Assembly: GCA_002633005.1 (NCBI GenBank)
Contig: NMRA01000027.1
Coordinates: 1,421,403 to 1,481,824 of the forward strand
DNA: 60,422 bases
Reading direction: 5' to 3'
Origin: Phoronis australis
Taxonomy: Eukaryota; Animalia; Phoronida
In this document: positions 1 to 13,400 of the stretch, one piece after another
Layout of the letters: every line of letters starts with the position of its first letter
How positions within the stretch are numbered: position 1 is the first letter of the stretch
Made by a program: the position numbers and the translations under genes
The notes under the pieces: model-generated
Told to the model about the DNA's origin: nothing
Seen by the model: only the letters and a program-made list of their open reading frames with translations
Databases searched by the model: none

Positions 1-1035
1 CTGTCGAAGACTTGCACCAGGGAAATTAGCAGTAATAAGGCTTAGCGCGACGACGTATTTTGATAAAAATTCCATCTTTTACCAGTTGTTTACATGCAGA
101 CAGCCACGCATGCGCAATTCAATCACCACTAGTACAGCAGCGACACCGTGAGGAAAATTCTCCGAATAGCCCCATTGAGCATTGGACAAAATTGTCTCCT
201 ACTTCTAAAAGACTGAGCTCGGTGTTACTAGTGAGAGTGAGTGAATACATGTACATGTAAATGTATGCAAGAGAATGAATGAGAACCACTTTGGAATAAT
301 CGACTGTGAAGTGTAAAGAAGAGGATGAAAGAATCACAATTTTATAATTTAGACTTTCTCACCACGGTGCTGGGGGGGGGGGGGGGGNGGGAGGGGGGCG
401 GTAATTCCATAGGTTATAGAACAGGTCATTTCATTTTCGTACACATGGGCCAAGTCAACTCGGACCCATATCAATGTACACATGTGTTCCAAAACAGTTT
501 TATTTTGTAAGGCGATGCTTGAAATGGAAACAACCATTTCATGTCGATGTACATTGACCCAATGTTGCCATTATTTATAAATGAAATATGGCACATGGCC
601 TCGGTACGAGTCGACTTGGGTGGGAACCGCCTAGTAAAGTTTCTACAGAGTGTAGAGGGCATAAATTCCACAGAAAGAACAAACATCGTAACAAACGAAT
701 GCAATCGCAGTGCAACCTCAGCGGCACGAAATTGAAGTTGGCATTACATGAACACTTCTTTGGTTTCAGAATGGTAAATAATTGACACAACATTTATTGA
801 TGCTCATCAATCTGGTTACTTATAATAACATGGTCATGACAAGTGTAATTTAACTAGGACTACATTATAAACCTCTAAACTCAACATCAGGTAAACAGAG
901 GAATTGGTCTGACTGGAGTCGAGTTTGTGTGCTTGAAGCTAACGCAACGAACAGAATGGCTGTTACATAAAAATTAAGTTTTGAATCTGGGCCATTGTCT
1001 GATGTCGAGACTGGATCTTCTGCCCTCTTCTTATA

Positions 1036-1164
1036 CTGTAGAACTCTCTAAATTGGTAATGTTTCAGTGGGAACTTTTGAAAGGTTAGCATTAATCCCGC
1101 CGTAACGCCTCCAAATTACTCTGACATCTCAGTCTCAATGGATCCAACTTAGCGAGTTCTACTG
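1036..1164. mobile_element. Tc1/mariner-pogo (Tigger-like) MITE, 129 bp
   Basis: TIRs CTGTAGAACTCTCTAAATTGG ... CCAACTTAGCGAGTTCTACTG, flanked by TA on both sides (1034-1035, 1165-1166). Confidence 0.7.
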
Positions 1165-1514
1165 TAATTCAATGAGATATCAGCTAACACGACACAACAA
1201 CCACTAAAGTTCAACCCAAAAGCTCCAGTATGCAATAGCTTTAGGTGTCTATGACATGGTATGAAAACTGTGTAGGAAGTGGGAAATCTGGATGGAGTGC
1301 TTGTACCACTCACTCAAAAATTCCCAAGAAAATGTTCGAATTCTGTGCAAGTGATTATTCTGTCGCACAATTTGTATTATATTGTAGCATGAAAAGACTG
1401 ACGACCCACTGATGCGCTGTATGGGACAGCAACAAGTTAGTGCAAATCAAATATACCTAAAAGCTATGCCATAATATTTATAGTCATTGTATTGAAGAAA
1501 CATTGAAATTTTTT

Positions 1515-1567
1515 CAGAGGCGGATCCAGGATTTTGAATTAGGGGGGCCAGGGCACAGTATTAGCCA
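1515..1567. mobile_element. Truncated end of hAT-type MITE (same family as 42678-42830)
   Basis: CAGAGGCGGATCCAGGATTTT..GGGGGGCCAGGGCACAGTATTAGCCA matches the reverse complement of the right part of 42678-42830. The other half of this family is seen at ~3880-3973. Confidence 0.6.
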
Positions 1568-1669
1568 ACATCCACCTCTTAGAACAGTTAGCGCACACAC
1601 ACCGATGCACCATTGCTAAAACACGCCAAGATTGAACGGTCTTTGTTCGTCGTGTGCTGTGATACAACG

Positions 1670-3592
1670 TCGGTGAACTGCATTGTGGGATATGATCTGG
1701 TTTGTGTTCCCCAACACCATGTCACGGTGTCAAAGGTCAACTTTTCGCTGATTTTTTTTCGCTTTTTTAACTAACTAATGATACAGTTATACGACAATTT
1801 GAATAAAATACATCCAACTAGCAACACCTTGAAGGTATTGCAATTTAACATACTTGGACCTTGCAAATTACATTTGAAGTCTTGCATTACAGAGTTACAC
1901 GTGTGATAACTTCATTGCTGTAGTCGGACATTCCTCCGCACTGTTCACAAGTTTATCAGTACGTCAGCTCAAATGGAGCTGAAAAACCATTGATATTTTT
2001 CCCAGTAGTCAGAAATCCCAAGAAATCCCAAGTATAGAAGTAAAATACTTGTAGACAGGAGATTACTAAAAACGACAAATTCCCTCAGGCACTTATGGAT
2101 TCGGTTTCACCTTGGTTATATTTTGCTTAATTTTCTTTCTTTTAGGAACTTGACCGAGCTGCTTTTGGCAGTGGAGATGTCCGATATGAGTGGGAAAGAG
2201 TCAGCGCCTGATCCAATCTATAGCGCTATCCACAACACTGGTGACATGAAAGTTAAACTGACGGACACTAGAGCTCGATCATAGTTACATTGCAGTTTAC
2301 TGCAACAAGATTTCTCTTGTTTATTGCTTTTGTGTGTAAGAGCAATGTTTTGTATATTTTATAGTAAGGTTTTCAGCTAATAAAATAAAAGAATGGTTAT
2401 GTAACATTACGCGACAACCTATTGAACGTCTTTGTTAATGTTCGTTGCATTACAAAGTCTCATCTCATTACTTTTCAAAGGCTTGTTTAAAATGTTGTCG
2501 TAACAGAGCACTTGTGATCTGTGGTACCTTAATCTTTACCAGCGACCCTCATGCTTGCCAAATATAGCATGAACAGAAACGAAGAGCTTCCTGTTACAAC
2601 AGACAGTTCCTTTAATGTTTGGTACGCATTNTCGGTGAACTGCATTGTGGGATATGATCTGGTTTGTGTTCCCCAACACCATGTCACGGTGTCAAAGGTC
2701 AACTTTTCGCTGATTTTTTGCGCTTTTTTAACTAACTAAAGATACAGTTGTACGACAATTTGAATAAAATACATCCAACTAGCAACACCTTTAGTTGAAG
2801 GTATTGCAATTTAACATACTTGGGCCTTGCAAATTACATTTGAAGTCTTGCATTACAGAGTTACACGTGTGATAACTTCATTGCTGTAGTCGGACATTCC
2901 TCCGCACTGTTCACAAGTTTATCAGTACGTCTGCTCAAATGGAGCTGAAAAACCATTGATATTTTTCCCAGTAGTCAGAAATCCCAAGTATAGAAGTAAA
3001 ATACTGGTAGACAGGAGATTACTAAAAACGACAAATTCCCTCAGGCACTTATGGATTCGGTTTCACCTTGGTTATATTTTGCTTAATTTTCTTTCTTTTA
3101 GGAACTTGACCAACATGTAGCTGCTTTTGGCAGTGGAGATGTCCGATATGAGTGGGAAAGAGTCAGCGCCTGATCCAATCTATAGCGCTATCCACAACAC
3201 TGGTGACATGGAAGTTAAACTGACGGACACTAGAGCTCGATCATAGTTACATTGCAGTTTACTGCAACAAGATTTCTCTTGTTTATTGCTTTTGTGTGTA
3301 AGAGCAATGTTTTGTATATTTTATAGTAAGGTTTTCAGCTAATAAAACAAAAGAATGGTTATGTAACATTACGCGACAACCTATTGAACGTCTTTGTTAA
3401 TGTTCGTTGCATTACAAAGTCTCATCTCATTACTTTTCAAAGGCTTGTTTAAAATGTTGTCGTAACAGAGCACTTGTGATCTGTGGTACCTTAATCTTTA
3501 CCAGCGACCCTCATGCTTGCCAAATATAGCATGAACAGAAACAAAGAGCTTCCTGTTACAACAGACAGTTCCTTTAATGTTTGGTACGCATT
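1670..3592. repeat. ~960-bp near-identical tandem duplication joined by a single N; probable uncollapsed haplotype/assembly overlap
   Basis: 1670-2630 is repeated at 2632-3592 with a few SNPs and indels, and the junction is exactly the N at 2631. Confidence 0.85.
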
Positions 3593-4143
3593 AGTTTCTT
3601 GGAATACAGTCTGGCAACTCCAATGGCCCCGTCATGCATAACGTTTTAATTCAATTTATTGTGAAAATCTAGCAAGAAAACCCTAGATTATAATCACCAA
3701 CAATAGAACACTTACAGCCGATTTCATAATGGTGGTTAAACAAAACCAGGTTAAAGACTCAAACCTGGTCTTCCTAAACCTGGTCTTCCTAAACCTGGTC
3801 TAATTTTAGACCTCACTTGCAATTCACCAACATGGTTTAAAAGTCTGAAAACCTAGTTTTAGCGCCAGGGGTTTAATAAAGGATTTTGCCGGTCAGACAT
3901 TCGCACCCCTGAACTGCTAAATGTAATCTAGGATAATTTTAGGGGGCATGGTCTCCAACTAAATCCGCCAGTGGGGCAGAACCCCTGCCCGCCAATTTTA
4001 AATCGGGAACTCGGTCACAATAATCGTTAGATGCCTTTTTAGGCATACGCGTAGCGCTTGCGACGATGGCGCTCTGCTCGAATCGTCATTCTGAGGAATC
4101 CAAAGGATACCCTTCAGTACGTACTGGTCTACATGTACGTATA

Positions 4144-5669
4144 CTTGGGCGGATCCAGGGGTTCAAGGGATCCCGACCCCCTTTTTCCTTCATTTTAGTG
4201 ATATCAAATCTATAATTTTTAAATTGTTGAAGCAGACCCTCCTTTTAAAAATCCTTAACCGACCCCTCCCCATTAAAAATTCTTGGTTTTCAGTGGCGGA
4301 TATACGGGGGGGGGGTTCAGGGGGTTTAAACCCCCCCTTGGGCCAGGACCCAAAAATAAAAAAACAAACGTCTCCAGCAAAACAAAAACGGCACCGCTAG
4401 CCTGTGTAAACCCCAAGTAAACTAACTTGGAAAAATTGAGGGTGGGGGGTTCACTCTGAAAATTGATTTTTTGCATTGTGAATTGCTGAGTCTTCGTGGC
4501 TCTGAAGTAGCTAAGCATTTTAGATGGATCCACCGCTGAAAGAGCAGCTCTATAGCTGATTTTTTAGGTAACTAGTTTCTTTACTCTAAGATATGTTTTG
4601 ATTTGATTAGGGGAAATACTGTTGTGCCGCAATCCTGATATTCAGGCGAATTGAGGTGCAACGTTTTTACCTCACCTGTCATGCCGTGTCATTCTATTAC
4701 ACTCCACACATTTGTAACTGATGTATAGTAAAGCTGTCTTGCGCAATATCATACAGTGTACATGTACATGTAATATTTTTGAAAAAAAATCTTTTTTCGA
4801 AGAATTACTATTGTGGCGGGCGCCGTGGTCTGGTCGCGAGTCCGTTTGAAGACACACTCTATAACAAGTTATGTCTATACAAGGAATGAGCAAGGGGGCA
4901 ATCACATTGACAAACTGACCGCATTCGCAAACAGTGTACAGTACCAGAAATTGCGGGGAGGCTTTTCTTTCACAACAAAGTCTTGTAGGACTCGTGCGAT
5001 GTTCAATTGGCCTCCTAAGGAGCCCTTGTTCCGACCTCAACACCTACCGTCTTTCTACCTGCAATAAGCACACTGCAGGCTTCTATACTGGGAATTTCTG
5101 CAGAAAGGCCCACCTGATGAAACGCTCATGCCCATGGGCATTTATTTGATGTTAGTACTTCGGGTTTCAAGCGTTCAGACATTGGGACGTTTATTTCGAA
5201 TAGTAAGAGATGCAAATAGGTCCTGGGATACATCGTTAAGGTTTAAAGTAGTCCATGATGAACGGATCAAATTTTGTTGCGCATCTAAGTCTTTTGAATG
5301 GACGTGGCAACCTCAATGGTCTTTTTGTATGCTAAAAAAGGTGTGTGTAAGCAAATGTTCCAACAAAAAATTTTGCTGGTGTCGTGAATCATACCCAGAT
5401 GTGCACAATATGGTTTCACGAAACTTATGAGCCAAGTTCATGCGACGAAATCGAGAAAGGTTTTTAATTATCTTAAGAAAAACTCCAGAGACATGTTAAG
5501 TGCCAGATACTTACCAAGATGCATGGAATTTTCACTATTTGGCTACAAAGATAAAAAATGTCTTACCCGGGAGGGGGGAACCTTCCCCCGCTCGGCGCCA
5601 CGGGCCTAGGATTCGACCTTTGCGGGAATACTAAACCCTGAAACGTAGATCCGTCACTGGTCTCCTCTG
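4144..5669. mobile_element. hAT-type MITE (family of 22747-22906) split by a nested insertion
   Basis: 4144-4290 aligns with 22747-22906 (TTTTAGTGATATCAAATCTA..AAATTGTTGA..AAAAATCCTT). A degenerate right end resumes after 5659. Confidence 0.55.
4291..5659 (+). mobile_element. Internally deleted hAT-type element, possibly with decayed transposase N-terminus
   Basis: TIRs CAGTGGCGGATATACG / CGTAGATCCGTCACTG. Internal frameshifted peptides DIGTFI..SW..RF..W..(G)LFC loosely resemble the TTF zinc-finger region of hAT transposases (weak). Confidence 0.55.
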
Positions 5670-6854
5670 TTATGTTTAATCTTGTGTCGTCCTGAAACTG
5701 CGTCATAAATCCAAACCACAGCATAATCCAGCTACACCTATATCGTACAAGTCTGCCATATTTAATAGCATTAAACGTGCGTCTGACCAAGTCTAAAGTT
5801 AAACCTGGTTTAAGATCTTAATACGGGTCTAAGTAATGTATACCTCGTTGATGAAATGAAAACTGACTTAGACCAGGTATAAACTGGAGTTGAAGCCGGT
5901 TTTACTAGACCACTGATCTAGAAGTTAAACCACCTTTATGAAATGCAGATTATCTTTAAACCTGGTCAAACTACAGTTTAAAACAGGTTTAACTTTACAC
6001 CACCTTTATGAAATCGGCTGTTAATGTTTAGAAACTCGTGGTTGAACACCAATACAGTGTTTTGTAAGTGTAACATGTATCACATGTGTCACAAGCGTTT
6101 TCTTGTGAACAATATGTGCCACCTTTTTGCGTTCTACAGTGCAATCCAACTCGAACACTCAGCAAATTTCTGCGCACATTTGCAAGGACAGGTCAGTGAA
6201 CAAATAAAATGAATCTCGTTTTTAGTTTTACTACAAATCCTTCCATTCTTGGTTCTGCGTGCTGCCCTGTTTCAATGTAAAGCATGTGCATTGAGCACCT
6301 AAAACTAGCAAGTATTTTCCTAAGGTTGGGGTCTAAAACGCACACTCACGTATTTTTCGCAGTTAGTCCGTTTTGACAGTATAATAGAACTGATATTAAG
6401 TAGATTTATTAATTAGCTTAAAATTTGTAGACAACAAGCTTTTATCAAATTTAATGCTTTCCTGGCCTGTACCGAAATACTCCAATTAAGACGACAGGAG
6501 AATGGAACACCTAGGTATTGATAATATGGATTGGTTTCAAAGTACCACTTTTCGTGTGAACAGATGGCAGCACCATGCTTGTAAGCAAGAAAAGGACACT
6601 AGTTTTCCCTAGATTCACCAGTGAGATACCATTTTATACCAAATTCTTCAAGCACGTTATGTTTTCGTTGCAGTTCAATTATTGGGGACAAATAAAACAA
6701 CAAGAATAATAAAAATTTTAGGTTGTATTGGGAATTTCAGGGTCACAGGTCTGCAAATGAATATTTCACAGAAGGAACCAGATGGGTTCCTTAATTACAA
6801 GAGATAACACACACATTCACGATGCCCAATATGTAATTGAGTGTCGGATACTAA

Positions 6855-7430
6855 GTGGCACAGGTTAGCATAGTACCAAATGGGTACATTATACCAAATG
6901 GGTATTGGCCGACTGCCTCCAAGTGGGTCCAGCAAAACGGCAAAGTCAATAATAAGTACCAAATGAGTACAAACTGCCAAATGGGCAACTATTATATAAA
7001 GTACCAAGTGGGTACACAAAACAGCCAACTGGGCTATAACAACCTGCAAAGCAGGGTTCCGGACAAGCTGAGTGAGCAGACCAGCTGGAGTGATAAAAAA
7101 GATATTGTAAGGAACGTGGTGTTGTGGCCCAGCATGTGCTGTGACCGGGGTGAAGAGAAAGCTGCAGTGAGGGATGCTAAAGTACAGGTCTGGTCGCTAG
7201 CAAATGACGTCTTTTCTTGCTAGACGGTAACACGCTCTGGGCTTGAATGAGGTACCAGCAGTGACTACAATAACAAAATTAACCAAAAGCAGATTTTGTT
7301 CGACAAAAGGTAGGGAGGGTGGGAAAGGTATAAATCGGTTGAATTGAGACTTTGTGGAACCCAGGGTAGGGAGGGTGGGAGAGGTATCAAATTGTGTAAT
7401 TGAGTGAATGTGCCGTTGCTTGAGGCTGGA
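6855..7430 (-). mobile_element. Probable 3'/terminal-repeat region of a DIRS/Ngaro-type retroelement
   Basis: Short palindromic repeats GTACCAAATGGGTAC. 7382-7429 is directly repeated at 10580-10629, beside recognisable DIRS RT sequence. Confidence 0.35.
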
Positions 7431-8214
7431 GAGAAAGATGTAAATGTTCTGCGTAAAAATCAAAATGGTGTGATATGCGATTGTCAATCACAACAGAAAG
7501 ACACGAGGTTGTTAGTTTTAAAATAATGTATTGAAAGTAAACCGCTTTTACAAACAATACAGATCGCTTGAGCAAAAGTCGGCTTATAATTGACAGAGTC
7601 ATAGCATCACTTTGCACATCACTATGAAGACAGGATATATAACAAGAAAAAATGTAATACTGATTACAATACCTTTTAATAGGGACATAAACAGAAGCAG
7701 AAAAGTAAATACTCGCAAGCTGTAGAAGATGCAGAACCTGTCCAAAATGACACGGTTCCAATATCCGAAATGCAGAGTTTCACACGGCATAAAAAGATTT
7801 TTTCTTTTAATATATATAGTAGGGCTGCTGTGCAGTTACTAACGACTGTGTATCACGCTATGTGCCACAGGAAGAATTGTATTATGAAACTTGCATGTCT
7901 GTTATATATATATATATGAAAGAAAAATAAAATATCTATAAAAACACTGCAGAACACAATTATACGGAAGGGCATCAACAGGCTCTCAGGAATAATAATA
8001 CCGCAAAAGATCATATAAAATCTACAATACAAAGTACGCAAATCAGGTAATCAACTTGGTCCACAAAATATGATTGCCCGTAAGGAAACATAATTTAATT
8101 TTTTTTTGTTTATTTTTTCACCTATTTTTTATTTTTGTTAGTTTTATTTTTTATTATTTTTCATATTTTTTATTTTTCATTTTTATTTTTTTATTTTACT
8201 TTTTATTCTTCTAC

Positions 8215-8965
8215 ATAACACAATTAGAAACAAATTTAAATATACTGAATGGAGAAAGCAACAATGTGGGATTAAAGATACACAAGGACAAGACTAAGTA
8301 CATGACAAATTTTGAAACAGATGAACAAGTAATGGTGGAGAACAAGATCATTGAAAAAGTCACACAATAAAAATACCTGTGGCAAACTATACAAATGGGG
8401 AACCGTATGACCAATGAAATACAAATCCGAATAAGAGCTGGATGGAGTTGCTTTGGAAAAAACAGAGAAATATTCCAAGATAAGAACATACCCATATCCC
8501 TGAAAAGAAAAGTATTTGACCAGTGCATCATCCCCACAATCATTTATGGATGCCAAACACTGAACTTAACAAAACAGAAAATTGCCAAGCTAAGAACAAC
8601 ACAGAGAGCAATGGAGGGAAAATACTTGGAATAAAATTACAGACAGGATTCCACACACAGAGATAAGAGAACAAACAAGAGTCATGGACATAATCAAGAC
8701 AATTCTGAAATTGAAATGGAGGTGGGGCGGACACGTGGCAAGAGCACAGGAAAACAGATGGACAAAAAGATGCACAGAGTGGCAACCCAGATAAAAAAAG
8801 AGATCAAGAGGACGGCCTCAAGCCAGATGGAGAGATGAGATCGTGAAAACGATAGGCGCAACATGGATGAGAGCAGCAAGAGACAGAACAAGTTGGAAGG
8901 CATTGTCGGAGGGCTACATCCTGCAGTGGATGCCAATGCCTAGATGAGATGAGATGAGATGAGAT
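8215..8965 (+). mobile_element. 5'-truncated RTE-clade LINE (RT C-terminus plus (GATGA)n tail), degenerate
   Basis: GLKIHKDKTKYM..EIQIRIRAGWSCFGK..LKRKVFDQCIIPTIIYGCQT..LKWRWGGHVAR motifs with stops and frameshifts, ending in a GATGA microsatellite. Confidence 0.9.
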
Positions 8966-9041
8966 TTTGTATTATANTTATTATTTTTCATATTTTTTAT
9001 TTTTCATTTTTATTTTTTTATTTTACTTTTTATTCTTCTAC

Positions 9042-9791
9042 ATAACACAATTAGAAACAAATTTAACTATACTGAATGGAGAAAGCAACAATGTGGGATT
9101 AAAGATACACAAGGACAAGACTAAGTACATGACAAATTTTGAAACAGATGAACAAGTAATGGTGGAGAACAAGATCATTGAAAAAGTCACACAATATAAA
9201 TACCTGTGGCAAACTATACAAATGGGGAACCGTATGACCAATGAAATACAAATCCGAGTAAGAGCTGGATGGAGTTGCTTTGGAAAAAACAGAGAAATAT
9301 TCCAAGATAAGAACATACCCATATCCCTGAAAAGAAAAGTATTTGACCAGTGCATCATCCCCACAATCATTTATGGATGCCAAACATTGAACTTAACAAA
9401 ACAGACAACTGCCAAGCTAAGAACAACACAGAGAGCAATGGAGGGAAAATACTTGGAATAAAATTACAGACAGGATTCCACACACAGAGATAAGAGAACA
9501 AACAAGAGTCATGGACATAATCAAGACAATTCTGAAATTGAAATGGAGGTGGGGCGGACACGTGGCAAGAGCACAGGAAAACAGATGGACAAAAAGATGC
9601 ACAGAGTGGCAACCCAGATAAAAAAAGAGATCAAGAGGACGGCCTCAAGCCAGATGGAGAGATGAGATCGTGAAAACGATAGGCGCAACATGGATGAGAG
9701 CAGCAAGAGACAGAACAAGTTGGAAGGCATTGTCGGAGGGCTACATCCTGCAGTGGATGCCAATGCCTAGATGAGATGAGATGAGATGAGA
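9042..9791 (+). mobile_element. Second copy of the same RTE LINE fragment (probably the other haplotype)
   Basis: 8151-8976 including flanks is repeated at 8978-9803 across the N at 8977, with only a handful of SNPs. Confidence 0.85.
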
Positions 9792-9829
9792 TTTTGTATT
9801 ATATTTTGTATTACTTTTAATTTGTTTTG

Positions 9830-10410
9830 AGCTCATGCTGAGGGACTGCCGAAATCGATTGTGCGCTACAGGACACTTCGGTGTGTGAAACACGGCGCTT
9901 TGGAGCTTTACCTCACCAGGCTCCGCTGTGACTCCCAACCAAGTCTAAGCCATTGTAAATTCCATCTGCTTACATCATTAATACCGCCTGTCCTTGGAAT
10001 ACTACCAAGTGAGTCTAGTAGTATGTAATTCCAGCATCGGCCATGCACCCAAACCATCAGTAGGCCTACTAGTACGTCTGGAACCTGGGTCACACACTTG
10101 TCAACCGCTGGCACAAACGCATTCTACATGGGTGCCCGGACCCTAACTGTGCTTCGCTCCTTGTTAAGGCTTAAAATAGTTTTAGGTTACAATACACGGG
10201 CACGAAAAGCCACACCACAACAAGAAACTTGATATCAACAACTCATCTACCCCAGCAGGCGTGGGACAAACTCATGACCTGAGCCGCATGTGGCAGGTCC
10301 CTTGCCTATTAGCCCCATTGAAAATATTTTCACCTCGCCCGTGGGTCTCCTCCCCAAACCAGACAGGGATTGTCGCACGATATCCCACTTATGCCCAAGG
10401 AAGTGGTTGC
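9830..10410 (+). mobile_element. Decayed DIRS/Ngaro retrotransposon: gag end and RT N-terminus
   Basis: Frameshifted translation TLVNR..LHGCPDP..FRLQYTG..RNLIST..AWDKLM..VAGPLPISPIENIFTSPVGLLPKPDRDCRTISHLCPR matches the DIRS-type RT N-terminal pattern (GFRLxYxG..NL.SA..RVAGPF..SPxGxxPK..RxIxHLSxP). Confidence 0.75.
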
Positions 10411-13400
10411 TTGGAAACAGGGAGGAGGCGTCGCCGAATTGGCGAGGGGATTGGTTTGGGTAGGGGTATTAGAATCGAAAGAAATCAGGCCTTAGAAAAG
10501 CCATCTGTGGCTAAAACTAATAAATACGTGAAGTAACTTTTGTCCAGGACGATTAACGCCGAACAGGAAGGAGTCTACTAGGTATCAAATTGTTTAATTG
10601 GGAGTGAATGTACTGTTGCTTGAGGCTGGGCCAACAGGAAGCTGAAGAGAAAGAACAAACAGCGCTATCATCGGACTAAGTAGGAACTACTTAGGAGTTG
10701 AATATGAAGCATGAAGGGCTGTAGAATGTTATTTGCCCCAATAAAAGGATTTATGTCAAAGTGCCATTAATCTCATTACAATGTTTCCAATCAACACGAG
10801 ATCTAATAAATGCAGAACACATCGGCTTTATTTTAGCTTCAATTTAGCTTATGCGCTTTATCTGTCTGAACCATTCACGCCATGATTAGAAAAACATGCG
10901 CAAGATTGAATCGTGGTCAGTTGTTGGAAGGTCGTCGAAGATATAAATTAGTAAATGAAAGTCAGGCACGTCATGATTAAACAGTCGTTTGCGGACATTT
11001 GCAAGGCCTCACGATCACATCGAATAGTGTACCAAAACTATCAATTTTAATATAACCCTTTGTTAGAAATAATCTCGCCGCTGGCTGTCTGTCTTCACAA
11101 ATGGATTTCCAATCTTCGGAGTCGTTTTTAGTCGTGGGTAAGATAATTTACAGATGCTTCAACAATCTGATGGAAGGGTTTGGAAAATTACATAATACTA
11201 TGTGGTAAATAAAGAAAAGTACATGTCACTAAACTGATCTACGATTTAAAAAATTGGTGCGTAAACGTGAAATCAAACATTGTGAGCCATAATATCTTTC
11301 TCGTCAAAATTGATCCGCTTCACAAAAGACACACATTATTCTGGCAACTGACTGCAGTGATGATGGTCGATATTTTTATTCGGTTACGTTGTTGCGGGGA
11401 AATTGAAGGGGTGTTGTTTGGCGCATATTTTCTCGATCTGGGAAGAAAATGAGGGAGCTTATTGTTTTGAAGCGCGATAACCTAAATAAATTTTCAAACC
11501 GTAATATCCAACAGTGTTTTTTTTTTTGAAGTGCGATCAAGGCTAATCAAGAAACAGAGATTTTTGTTAACATCAAACTCTGGTGTGGTCACATGATTGT
11601 TTCAACTCTCTGAAAATGTAACGTCCAGAAACGGGTCGTTCATTTGGCGCATCACCGATTTCCAAAAACTAAAGCACGGGTGATTAAGCGAAGTAAGGCC
11701 GGGTACTTGTAAAATTATGATACAGTATCAGCGTGTGTTCGGTTTTGCAAATAAAAATTAAATTAAACAACCCAAACGTCGTTAGAACAGCGAATACTCA
11801 TGGCCTCATTAACCGAAAAATATCACCTACAAGGATATTCATAAAAAGTGAAATGCAAAACTTCATGCCTGTGGTCATAGTACACTGTATCATACATTTT
11901 ATCCCATACGCGTTGAATCCGTCGAGGGAATACGGACACGTAATAAAGTTTTCTGTATTCACCTCCCGCACTACATGTACTTCAACAGTGACCTCTGACA
12001 TGGAAAGCTCGAAAGGTAGGCCAATGCCGACTCGGCGTCTTCAGCCGGTTCGATCATCAAACTTTCCGAATATAATTTGAAGTAATACAGTTGCAGCAGT
12101 GTAATTAACACTTGACATGCAACCAGGCCCTAAGCGTAAAATCTGGAACAAAACAGTTTACTACCGGTATATCGTCTGCAATTCAGGCGCCGATTCCTAG
12201 GAAACTAAAATATCAAACATTGTTGTTTTTAACTATTTCCAGGAGATATTACAAGTTTACTGCACAGTTGCCGTTGTTTTCATCTTTGGTACCTCTTTTC
12301 AAGAAATAAATCGTTACTGTTAAAACTGCTCCTTTTACAAAAGAAAAGTTGCAACCTAAAGCGCAAGTACATACACATAGGATGTGATCCGCCATGTGAA
12401 CAGTCTGGGTGAAGTATTTGAAAAATCTGCCCCAAAAATGCAAGACTCTCAGGAATTCGAAGCGCATGGGATAAATACAAAACGTACCTCGATTGGCGTA
12501 CGTGAAGTAATATCCCACGAGACATTATTCCGCGTATCGACCTTCGGTCTCTTTTGTGTACAGGGTATGTATCATGGCGTTGTGGCGAATTTCTTGGAAT
12601 TGAACTTATGTATACTTAATCGTTATTAGGAAAATTCTAAAAGGTAACACCTTCCCGACCCTTGCATATGATGAATATTGTTTGTTTGTTATTACGAATT
12701 TAGTTATTCAGTGGTATTTGACAGTCTGAAGAGTCAGTAGTCCGAAAGGCAACGGATTCGGTGAATGGTCGATAGTTCGAAATGAACTGAATTCCCGCAG
12801 GTATGCGTGGATGTATTTACTATTTTCACACTTCTGTGCGGAATTTTGAATCACCGCTTATTTTGAGACATGATTCACAAGATGCTATTTTAATTCACTG
12901 TTCTTCTGAAAAAGCTTCCTTTAAAACTAAAAGAAATTGGTGCATGAAAAGAAATTTCGCGACAGACAGGTTTTATTGACTTTTAAGAAATTAAAAAGAC
13001 TAAAATGTCAGACTGCAAACGCAATATTATTGCGGATGTTTGCCTGAATTGAACTTATGGGTTCAGCGAACTTTATAAACTACATGTAGTTCGTTTGCCC
13101 GATGAAGATGATATGTTAGTTCAAAACAGACCGTGTCATTGTCTATGCTTATTGTTGGTAGTTTTTATGTTGATGTTACGATAAATGTGTTTTCACCGTT
13201 CACGAAAATTCAGTCTATCTTGTGTCAAGCATAATTATCTGTAACCAAGCATTGAAAATGTTTGTTTCTGAAAGAAAATACGACCTATGGATTGGGGTAG
13301 AACACAAAATTGTTATAGATAGATTTATCTCACTCAAGAAAAGTGATCACCGTGGATCACTGATCTAACTAAGAGCAATCGACCTTTCAAACCAATGACC

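Larger units (their letters stand above)
3715..6020. mobile_element. Non-autonomous PIF/Harbinger element carrying nested insertions
   Basis: TIRs CAGCCGATTTCATAATGGTGG / CCACCTTTATGAAATCGGCTG, TTA target duplication (3712-3714, 6021-6023), and AAACCTGGT subterminal repeats at both ends. Confidence 0.8.

Noticed and set aside
1670-3592. Real tandem duplication
   Set aside because: The junction is a lone N and the copies are near-identical, the same pattern as at 8977 and around the 40893-40923 gap.
6855-7223. 122-aa ORF with PNGY repeats as a gene
   Set aside because: GTG start, and the periodicity comes from short palindromic DNA repeats of a retroelement relic.
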